Shown: positions 26,939 to 33,588 of the stretch, piece by piece | Position numbering within the stretch: the stretch's first letter is position 1 | Layout of the letters: every line of letters begins with the position of its first letter | Source: an uncultured Planctomycetota bacterium | Lineage (GTDB): Bacteria > Planctomycetota > Brocadiia > CAIUPP01 > CAYYEE01 | Assembly: GCA_964470775.1 (NCBI GenBank) | Contig: CAYYEE010000001.1 | Location: forward strand, 1-36,997 | Direction: 5' to 3' | Length of the DNA: 36,997 nt | Made by a program: the position numbers and the translations under genes | Notes under the pieces: model-generated | What the model saw: only the letters and a program-made list of their open reading frames with translations | Database searches by the model: none | What the model was told of the DNA's origin: nothing

Positions 26939-27096
26939 CTTCGGTCCACCGCCGGAGCGCGGGCGTCTCGGCCGCCTTCGCCCCAACCCCGGCCCCGCGA
27001 TCTGCGCCATGCCAGCGTGCGGACGGGACATGCCGCTCAAGCCCGCCAACGGCGGCGCCGGAACGCGTCCCCGCCACAGACCCCGGCCCCGCGCCT

Positions 27097-27693
27097 TCAC
27101 CCCGCCGTCTCTGCCCCCTGGCGCCTCTGCGCCAGCTCCGCGTGCCGGATCCCCACCGCCCAGTGCGCCTGGCGGACCAGCGACTCGAACTCCCGCCGGC
27201 AACCGGCCCGGTCCCCCAGGGCCAGATGGCACAAGCCCCGGTAGTAGTGGATGGACGCCATGGCAAAGCCCGGCTCCTCGCCCTTGCGGAACAGCTCCAG
27301 CGACTCCGCGAACAGCCCCCGCTCGAACGCCGCCTCCCCCGCGATCTGCAGCATCTCTTTCTCGAAGACCGCGGCCTTGGCGTTGGCGGCGATGAGGCGC
27401 AGGCCGGCCTGGGCCTGCTCATACGCCTCGTCGTAGCGCTCCTCGGCCAGCAGCGCGCGCGCGTAGTCGCCCCGCGCCTCGACGCTCTCCGGGTCTTCTT
27501 CTATCAGGCGCTTGCCCCGGGCCAGGGCCGCCTGCTGAACCATGCGCCGGAACTCCACGGCTGGCGGCTGGCCGGGCACGGTCTCCTCGACGGCCTCCAG
27601 CCACATCTCGGCCTTGTCTACGCGGCCGGCCTTGAGCGCGGCGCGGCCCCGCCACAGCCAGAACGCCACGCGCATCTGATCCAGGAACCTCAT
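27097..27693 (-). CDS. Small TPR-like helical-repeat protein (paralog B)
   Basis: Start at the ATG at 27693 (MRFLDQMRVAFWLWRGRAALKAGRVDKA), which overlaps the upstream stop as ATGA. All-helical with A/L/R/E-rich repeats. Confidence 0.5.
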   Translation of the reverse strand: MRFLDQMRVAFWLWRGRAALKAGRVDKAEMWLEAVEETVPGQPPAVEFRRMVQQAALARGKRLIEEDPESVEARGDYARALLAEERYDEAYEQAQAGLRLIAANAKAAVFEKEMLQIAGEAAFERGLFAESLELFRKGEEPGFAMASIHYYRGLCHLALGDRAGCRREFESLVRQAHWAVGIRHAELAQRRQGAETAG

Positions 27694-28250
27694 GACGCGT
27701 TCTCCTGGGCTCGGCCGCCCTCGGGGGCTGGCGCGGCGCCGGCGCAGGCGGCCTGGCGCTGCGCGTCCCACTTCTCGCGCCGCAACTCCAGCTCCACCAT
27801 CTCCAGCCACCGCGCCAGGAAGGGCGTGGAGTCCGGCAGGGCGTTGGGCGTCAATTGGCGCCAGGCCTCGCGGTCGCCCGCGGCCCACTGCGCCAGCAGG
27901 TCATAGCCTGCGGCCAGGTCGTTGGCCGGGTTGTCGCGCAGCACGCTCTGGAACATCTCTCGCGCGCGGTCCAGGTCGCCCGCGTCGTAGAAGACGCGGC
28001 CGGCCAGCAAACGCACACCGGGCCGGCCGGTGGCGCGGGCGGCGGCCTCGCTGGCCAGGCGCCGCGCCTCTTCCACTTCGCCCGCCGCGACGAGCGCCAG
28101 GGCCAGATGAACCCGCGCGAACGGGTGGCCCGGCCGCGCCTGCAGCACCTGGCGGAAACGCGACACCGCCCCTGTCAGGTCGCCCTGGCGCGCTTTTTTC
28201 TGGCCCTGGCGGAACCAGCGCAAGGTCTCTATCCGGCGCACGAAGTTCAT
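27690..28250 (-). CDS. Small TPR-like helical-repeat protein (paralog A)
   Basis: Start at the ATG at 28250 (MNFVRRIETLRWFRQGQKKARQGDLTGA) after AGGAG. The N-terminus aligns by eye with the downstream paralog. Confidence 0.5.
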   Translation of the reverse strand: MNFVRRIETLRWFRQGQKKARQGDLTGAVSRFRQVLQARPGHPFARVHLALALVAAGEVEEARRLASEAAARATGRPGVRLLAGRVFYDAGDLDRAREMFQSVLRDNPANDLAAGYDLLAQWAAGDREAWRQLTPNALPDSTPFLARWLEMVELELRREKWDAQRQAACAGAAPAPEGGRAQENAS

Positions 28251-28266
28251 GTGTCTCCTGGCCTGC

Positions 28267-29139
28267 TCAAGGCACGAACACCGCGGAAAGGTAGCCCACG
28301 GCCCGGCTGGCGCGCGGCTCGGGATAGACGTCGGCGCTTGTGGCGTATTGCAGCGCCACCCCGCGCCTCGCGCCGCGCGCCCGCGCCGCCGCGGCGGCCG
28401 CGGCCACCGCGCCCGCGCCGCACGCGTTCCCCCGGGCCGCCGCCTCGTCGACCATGGCCTCGGCGTCCAGCGTTTCCACCAGCCGGATAAAGCGCGCGTC
28501 ATTCCCGCGCATCCACTCCCTGGCCTGCGCGTAGGGCCCTAGGTCCGGCCCCCCATAGCCCATGCCGTAGTGCGTCAAGTCCGTGGACGCCACGCCGACC
28601 CACCGGCCCGGCCAGGCGGCCAGGGCCTGCGCCAGGCGCGCGCCTGTCTCGGCCGCGCCCGGCCCGTGGGGCACGGCCACGGGCAGGATGCGGGCCTGGG
28701 GAAAAAGCACTTGAATCAACGGCAGCTGGACCTCGATGGAGTGTTCTTCCTCGTGGTTGTCCGCGCTCACGTCCAGGCCCGCCTCCTCCGCCAGCCGAAC
28801 CGCCTCCGCGTCCACTTCCACGTCCCCCAACGGCGTGGCCCATGCGCCTCCCGGGTAGACCTGGGCCCGGCGGCTCGCGGGCCGGTGCACCGCGCCGAAG
28901 AGCACGAACATCTGGGGCTGGGCGGCGCGCATAGCGGCAAAGGTTCGCGCGGCCAGCGCGCCGCTGAACACCCACCCCGCGTGGGGCGCCACCCCGCCCA
29001 GCGGCGCGGGCAGGTCCGGCGGAAGCCCGCCGGCCTGGGCGATCAAGTCTTCGGCGTGCGCGCGGCACGCTTCTGCCGACGCTTCGTAGAACGCGCCCGC
29101 CACCGCCGGCGCGCGCCGCTCCATGCGTTTCTCTTTCAT
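28267..29139 (-). CDS. Memo1-family protein (AmmeMemoRadiSam system protein B type)
   Basis: 290 aa, AGGAGG RBS. Family motifs present: AGAFY, PHAGWVFSG, EHSIEVQLP, STDLTHYG, ACGAG. Confidence 0.8.
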   Translation of the reverse strand: MKEKRMERRAPAVAGAFYEASAEACRAHAEDLIAQAGGLPPDLPAPLGGVAPHAGWVFSGALAARTFAAMRAAQPQMFVLFGAVHRPASRRAQVYPGGAWATPLGDVEVDAEAVRLAEEAGLDVSADNHEEEHSIEVQLPLIQVLFPQARILPVAVPHGPGAAETGARLAQALAAWPGRWVGVASTDLTHYGMGYGGPDLGPYAQAREWMRGNDARFIRLVETLDAEAMVDEAAARGNACGAGAVAAAAAAARARGARRGVALQYATSADVYPEPRASRAVGYLSAVFVP

Positions 29140-29208
29140 CGAGGCGCCCTCCTGAGAAAGGGCCGGCCGTCTCTCCGCTTGCGCCAGCCGCGGGCGCGGC
29201 CAGCGCCC

Positions 29209-30243
29209 TCACAAGGGCCGGGGCGTCGCGTCCTCGGCTCTGTCGTGGAACAGATCGGAGACCGCGAACATGCCCAGGAGCTGGAGCAGCCCCCACACGG
29301 CCAGGAAGATCCATCCTCCGGCCCGGTCCTGGAGCAGCGACACCAGCGCGTAGCCCAGCAACGCCACGTACACGCCGGCGAGCAGCAAGGCGCGGCCCTT
29401 GAAGCCGGCCCAAGCGCACGCGGCGGGCGGACACAGGACCGCCGCCACGCGCTGGGTCAGGCTGGCGCAGGGGCGCTTCCCTTCGGCGGGCTCGCGGCGC
29501 GAGGCCGGCCGCAGGCCCAGTTCCTCCAGCGTCTCGGTCCAAGGCGCCGGGCGGCCTTCCTTTTCCAGCCATTCGGCCGCGGCCAGGCGCCGGGCCTTGC
29601 CGCCCAGCGCGGGCTCGCGGCGCGACAGAACTTTGGACACGGAGGCCGCGTCATAGACCAGCAAAGCCTCGGCCACGAAGGCCCGGTCCCAGCGCGAAGG
29701 CGAACCCTCGTGGATCCGGAAGCACTCGGCCGCCATGCGGTCCGTCTCCGCGGCCTCTTCGGCAGCCAGGCCGGGCAGGGCGCTTGCCCCCGCGTCGCCG
29801 CGGCCCCTGGCCTTCATGACCGCGCGCAGCAGGTCGGCCGCGCAGAAGCGCCGCGCCAGCCGCGCCACGTCGCGGCGCCAGACGCGGCTCCTGGCGTCCT
29901 CCTCGCCGCCGTTGGCAAGCGCCTCCGCGGCCATGGCCGAGGTCTGCGACCGCTTCAGCCGGGGGATGAGGCTTGGGCCGCGGAAGAGGTTGAGCGCGCA
30001 GTCCCACACCCACTTCAGCGCGTAATAGACAATCACCGCCACGGCCGCGCGGAGAATCCAGACCACCAGGGGGGGGAAGAACATGAGGACGGACATGGTC
30101 CCAAAGAACACGACCCACGCGCCGAACGCGCGCAGCATGTCGCCGGCGGTGCGGCGGCGCGGGTCCAGCGCGTGGTTGCCCAGAACCAGCAGCGCCATCA
30201 ACGCCAGCAGCTCGATCAAGTCGCGCATCGTCCAGGCAATCAC
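29209..30243 (-). CDS. Polytopic membrane protein of unknown function (TM clusters at both ends, helical cytoplasmic middle)
   Basis: 344 aa. Hydrophobic segments LIELLALMALLVLG, FGAWVVFFGTMSVLMFFPPLVVWIL..., LLLAGVYVALLGYALVSLL and WIFLAVWGLLQLLGMFAV. The start is uncertain: GTG at 30243 or ATG at 30228, with no clear RBS. Confidence 0.55.
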   Translation of the reverse strand: MIAWTMRDLIELLALMALLVLGNHALDPRRRTAGDMLRAFGAWVVFFGTMSVLMFFPPLVVWILRAAVAVIVYYALKWVWDCALNLFRGPSLIPRLKRSQTSAMAAEALANGGEEDARSRVWRRDVARLARRFCAADLLRAVMKARGRGDAGASALPGLAAEEAAETDRMAAECFRIHEGSPSRWDRAFVAEALLVYDAASVSKVLSRREPALGGKARRLAAAEWLEKEGRPAPWTETLEELGLRPASRREPAEGKRPCASLTQRVAAVLCPPAACAWAGFKGRALLLAGVYVALLGYALVSLLQDRAGGWIFLAVWGLLQLLGMFAVSDLFHDRAEDATPRPL

Positions 30244-30315
30244 TCAAGAAGGGGGGGGACCTCGGCGCCAGGCGGATGGGGACGCGCCGGCCAGCGCCGC
30301 GGACCAATCAAGCCC

Positions 30316-30344
30316 ATGCTATCCGCGCGGTTGCGGCCTGTCAA
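30316..30344 (-). promoter_or_regulatory. sigma70-type promoter for the membrane-protein / Memo / TPR operon (TTGACA-17-TAGCAT)
   Basis: Minus-strand TTGACA at 30339-30344, 17-nt spacer, TAGCAT at 30316-30321. Confidence 0.55.
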
Positions 30345-30388
30345 CGCGGAACGCCCCCGTCCCCCCGGCGCCAGCCACACCCTCAATC

Positions 30389-30418
30389 GTCCACAGCGTC
30401 CATAGGGTCTGTCCGTCA
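30389..30418. repeat. Phased GTCC/GGAC repeat (C-rich on the plus strand)
   Basis: GTCC at 30389, 30398 and 30411, GTCT at 30407, GTCA at 30415. The first three words are spaced 9 bp apart. Confidence 0.55.
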
Positions 30419-30434
30419 TCCCCGCCCCATCCTC

Positions 30435-31085
30435 TCACTTGCCGTCCGTCTCCTTCGGCGCCTCCGGCATAGCCCCTGGCGCGGCCGGCGCGGCCGGCGG
30501 CGGAGGCGCCACGTTGTAGTACAGGCAGAACAGGACGAACTGCCCCTTGGACAGCGCCTTGGCCACCTCGTCCAGCCGCTTGCGCGACGCCGCCTCGAAG
30601 ACCGGCTTGCACGCCTCGGCCGACACGTTGCCCCCCATGCCGTCGAGAGCCGCAAGGACGTCTTGGCGGAACCGCTGGCCGGCTTGAGCCAGGGCCTGCT
30701 TCTGCGTGTCGTTGAGCCCGGCCATGCTGGCGAACTCTTCGAGGTCGCGCGCTTTGAGCATGTCCACGAGCTGGGCCGAAAGGGGGGCTGGCGCGCTCGC
30801 CTGGTCCTGGCGCTCTGTCAGCGCCGAAGCCACCATCCTTCGCGTGGCTTCCGTGACGCGGCCCTGGCAGAGCTGCGTGAAATGGCCGATCCGCGTCATG
30901 AGCGCGCGGATCATCTCCTCGTCCGACTGCCGCGCCTGCAAGCGCCGGTCGAAGTTTTTCACCTGGTCCTCCAGCGCCTGCAGCCGCGTCTGCAAGATCG
31001 CGGTTTCGCGGAAGAGAAAGGCGTAGCCCACGCCCACAGCCACCACCATCGCCACGAAGACGACCTGAAGGATATCTCGTTTCAA
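30435..31085 (-). CDS. Membrane-anchored coiled-coil protein, possibly with an LTXXQ (Spy/CpxP-like) motif; Pro/Ala-rich tail
   Basis: 216 aa. TTG start with GGGAGG 7 nt upstream. N-terminal TM VVFVAMVVAVGVGYAFLF. GLNDTQKQALAQ resembles an LTXXQ motif. Function is speculative. Confidence 0.5.
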   Translation of the reverse strand: MKRDILQVVFVAMVVAVGVGYAFLFRETAILQTRLQALEDQVKNFDRRLQARQSDEEMIRALMTRIGHFTQLCQGRVTEATRRMVASALTERQDQASAPAPLSAQLVDMLKARDLEEFASMAGLNDTQKQALAQAGQRFRQDVLAALDGMGGNVSAEACKPVFEAASRKRLDEVAKALSKGQFVLFCLYYNVAPPPPAAPAAPGAMPEAPKETDGK

Positions 31086-31126
31086 GGCCCGGCCTCCCTC
31101 TTCAAGAGCGTGGAACCCGCAACGCT

Positions 31127-31154
31127 ACTATAACCCGCCGCGGCGGGTTGTCAA
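31127..31154 (-). promoter_or_regulatory. Near-consensus sigma70 promoter (TTGACA-16-TATAGT) whose spacer is a perfect 18-bp palindrome
   Basis: Minus-strand TTGACA at 31149-31154 and TATAGT at 31127-31132. The palindrome AACCCGCCG|CGGCGGGTT occupies 31132-31149. Confidence 0.6.
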
Positions 31155-31192
31155 AGCAGAAGCGGCTGGGGCGGCGCGGTCGCGCGCGATCC

Positions 31193-31240
31193 GTCAGACC
31201 CGTCCGGCCCTCCGTCAGGTCCGATCTGTCCGGCCCGTCC
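31193..31240. repeat. Phased GTCC/GGAC repeat (six units, mostly 9-bp spacing)
   Basis: GTC(C/A) starts at 31193, 31202, 31214, 31219, 31228 and 31237. The reverse complement GCCGGACGGGCCGGACAGATCGGAC matches 17216-17241 at 23 of 26 positions. Confidence 0.7.
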
Positions 31241-31266
31241 GGCAGCCGCGCCGCCCCATGCCTCGC

Positions 31267-32064
31267 CTACTTGCCCAACGCCTTCAGCGCCATCTCCGCC
31301 CCGCGCTCGCCCGACATCAGCATGGCCCCGAACGACGGGCCCATGCGCGGGACGGCGTGGATCGACGACACCGACATCCCGATCGCCAGCAGGCCCGGAT
31401 GCACGAACCCCGTCTTCAACACCACCTGGTCCTCCGACTCGTCAATCCACATCGGATTGCACCCCGGAACCTTCAGCAGCCCGCGGTCCGCCAGCAACTG
31501 CGCCACCGCCGCGTCGTGGCCCGTCGCGTCCACCACCACCTTGGCCTCGATAGCCACGGGATCGAGGCACGAGATCTGACGCGGCAGCATGCCCACCGGC
31601 GTCCAGTTGATCACCAGGCCGGCCACGCGGTTCTCTTCGCGCAGCACCACGTCGTCCACGGTGGTCATGTTGAGGACCTTGGCGCCCGCGTCCAGAGCGG
31701 CCGCGATGAGCTTGGAGCACGCATGCGGGCCGTCGGCCACGAACAGGCCGGGCGAGGTCTCCTTGCACGGCACGCCCAGGCTGGCCAGGTTCTTCTGCGT
31801 AGGGCTGCGCAAGACCACCTTGTTCATCAGGTAGCCGCCCACCCAGAACCCGCCGCCGAGGTAGTTGTTGCGCTCCACGATGAGCGTCTTCACTCCGCGC
31901 TCGGCCAGAACCTTGGCGCACATCAGCCCGCTCGGCCCCGCGCCCACGATCAGCGCGTCGCTCTCCGCGTACTCGTCAAACTCGCGCGCGAACTCGCGCA
32001 CGATCGCCCGCGTCACTTCCTTTTCCGACGCGCCACTGAAGATGCGGCTCTGCTTCTTCGGCAT
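31267..32064 (-). CDS. thi4: Thi4-family thiazole synthase (sulfide-dependent ADP-thiazole synthase type)
   Basis: 265 aa. Dinucleotide-binding DALIVGAGPSGL, then ...ERNNYLGGG.W.GG... typical of Thi4. A TPP riboswitch lies directly upstream. Confidence 0.85.
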   Translation of the reverse strand: MPKKQSRIFSGASEKEVTRAIVREFAREFDEYAESDALIVGAGPSGLMCAKVLAERGVKTLIVERNNYLGGGFWVGGYLMNKVVLRSPTQKNLASLGVPCKETSPGLFVADGPHACSKLIAAALDAGAKVLNMTTVDDVVLREENRVAGLVINWTPVGMLPRQISCLDPVAIEAKVVVDATGHDAAVAQLLADRGLLKVPGCNPMWIDESEDQVVLKTGFVHPGLLAIGMSVSSIHAVPRMGPSFGAMLMSGERGAEMALKALGK

Positions 32065-32159
32065 GAGACAGCCCTCCGTGAAAAGGGACCATGCCGGGGA
32101 AGCCTGAACACAGCAGGAGCGGGGGGGAGGAGGTGGGATTGGACATCATGTCTTTCCGC

Positions 32160-32250
32160 GTTTCCTACGCCAGTATGACCCGGATCAGGTTCTTGGGGTC
32201 TCCGGCCTGCGCCGGACTCTCAGCCGCCTTGGCGGCTCCCCCAGCGGATA
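32160..32250 (-). promoter_or_regulatory. TPP (THI-box) riboswitch controlling thi4
   Basis: The minus strand reads CTGGGGGAGCC...GGCTGAGAG...ACCCCAAGAACCTGATCCGGGTCATACTGGCGTAGGAAA. The CTGAGA and ACCTGATC.GG.TAATAC.AGCGTAGGGA-type cores are present. A downstream CCCACCTCCTCCCCC could sequester the GGAGGG RBS. Confidence 0.85.
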
Positions 32251-32258
32251 CGGAGGAT

Positions 32259-32287
32259 ATGATAGCGGCTCGGTCCAGGATTCGCAA
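32259..32287 (-). promoter_or_regulatory. Candidate sigma70-type promoter for the riboswitch-thi4 transcript (TTGCGA-17-TATCAT)
   Basis: Minus-strand TTGCGA at 32282-32287, 17-nt spacer, TATCAT at 32259-32264. The predicted TSS falls just 5' of the riboswitch P1 region. Confidence 0.55.
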
Positions 32288-32387
32288 CCCGCGCACCCCG
32301 TCACGCTGCTCCGTACTGCAAACGAGCACAAACTCGTTTTTTGGGACACGGTTCCTGGGGCCGTTGTCGTCCAACATCCGCCCTTGC

Positions 32388-32416
32388 CGTTCTTCGTGGT
32401 TCAATCGCGGTTGCCG
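32388..32416 (+). repeat. 29-nt exact direct repeat, copy A (CGTTCTTCGTGGTTCAATCGCGGTTGCCG)
   Basis: Identical to 32489-32517. A partial third copy (first 11 nt) lies at 32471-32481. Confidence 0.9.
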
Positions 32417-32488
32417 AAGACCCTGAGCCCGTCAAAAGACCGTTCGCCTTTCTCCACCATTCCTCTTTGCCGTTCTTCGTGCTCTTCG

Positions 32489-32517
32489 CGTTCTTCGTGG
32501 TTCAATCGCGGTTGCCG
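32489..32517 (+). repeat. 29-nt exact direct repeat, copy B
   Basis: Identical to 32388-32416. Embedded in the pyrimidine-rich tract 32380-32575, which carries CTTGCC / TTCTTCG words. Confidence 0.9.
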
Positions 32518-32585
32518 TTTGCCCTTTTTCGCTTCTTCGCGCGAGCCCGTCTTTCGCCCTTGCCTTCCTTGCCGGCCGCACGGCC

Positions 32586-33053
32586 ATGATCTTCTGGGGC
32601 GCGCCCTTGGCCGGCGTCGGCGCGGGCTTCCGGCGGGCCGATCTTCCACTGCCTGCCCCCGTCCAGCGCCCGGTCGTCTTCGCCGAGGGGCTGGCCATCT
32701 CCGCCGCTTGCCGCCAGCCAGAGCAGGCCTGGCGGGTCATTCGCGAGTTCGCCGTGGAGCGCGCTCCCCAGCGCCTCATCGAGCGCGGCATTCCGTTCCC
32801 CTGCGGCGCCCAGAGCGCCCTGGAGTTCCTGGCCAGACACCCGCGCTCGATAGACGCCTATCGTTCGCTCACGCAACCCTTCACAGCCCACCTGGCCATC
32901 ACCCGCGAGCGCCAGAACATCATTCGCAGCGCCCTCGGCGAGTGGTGGCGCCCGGAAACAGACCTGGCCGCCGCGTTGCGCCATGCTCAATCCGTCATAG
33001 ACGCCGTCCTTGACGCCGAGGCCGCGGCGGAACAGCGGGAGCCAGGGGGATGA
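32586..33053 (+). pseudogene. C-terminal fragment of an ABC-transporter extracellular solute-binding protein (family 1-like), probably a gene remnant
   Basis: Only 155 aa. GLAISAACRQPEQAWRVIREF... and ...WWRPETDLAAALRHAQSVIDAVL match the last third of ~430-aa SBPs. There is no signal peptide or N-lobe, and the repeat tract lies immediately upstream. Confidence 0.5.
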
Positions 33054-33106
33054 ACGCCGCCAGCCCCGCGCCATGAGGGCTCCTTGGGGACGAAAAGGAA
33101 AGCGCC

Positions 33107-33564
33107 ATGTTCAATCCGCCGCTGAAACGCCCGTGGAATGCCTTCACGCTCATCGAGCTGCTGGTCGTCGTGGCCATCATCGCCATCCGCGCCACTCGCG
33201 AACTCGCCGGCCGAACCATCATGACCGACACCTTCACCAAGGGCGGCCCTTCCGACGCCCTGGGCGTCATGAACACCGACCGATTGGCCCTCAACTCTCA
33301 AGGCTACATCCCCGACGCCCCCGCCACGACTTCACCAAGGCCCCGTGGTACAGCCCCGGCAACATCTACGCCCCCAACCAGCGGATGTGGCCCGACGGCC
33401 CCATCCCCGACTTCAAGCTGCCCCCGGACTCGCCGGCCCGAACCGCCGGCCTGGACCTCTCGCGTCCGTTCAAGGCTGGCGGCCACGACTTCGACCCCCT
33501 GCCCGGCATGGAGCCCGGCTACTTCAAAGGCGCCAAGCCCAACATCGGCGCGGTTCAGGATTGA
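33107..33564 (+). pseudogene. Degenerate, frameshifted prepilin-leader (DUF1559-like) gene
   Basis: The leader [17 protein letters not shown] is present but lacks the usual LAAILLPAL continuation. The G+C-rich third-position signal switches from the 33107 frame to the 33010 frame at the C5 run 33318-33322. There is no H-X9-DG motif. Confidence 0.5.
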
Positions 33565-33588
33565 CGAGCCGGACCCGCGGAACGCCCC

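Noticed and set aside
28267-29139. A complete AmmeMemoRadiSam system.
   Set aside because: Only the Memo (B) component is recognisable. No AMMECR1-like or CxxxCxxC radical SAM protein is encoded in any frame I inspected in the window.
32395-32416. A tRNA or tRNA 3'-fragment (att-site-like), because GGTTCAATCGC resembles a T-loop.
   Set aside because: The flanking bases do not form a T-stem, no acceptor, D or anticodon arms can be drawn, and there is no integrase nearby.
32091-32426. Track ORFs 32091..32426 (+) and 32165..32404 (-) as small proteins upstream of thi4.
   Set aside because: They overlap the TPP riboswitch and its promoter and lack a G+C-rich third-position bias. The riboswitch explains the sequence.
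32388-32517. A mini CRISPR array, suggested by two identical 29-nt repeats.
   Set aside because: There are only two full repeats. The interval is 72 nt and itself contains a partial repeat. No cas genes or leader-like organisation are present. The repeat has no stem-loop typical of CRISPR repeats.
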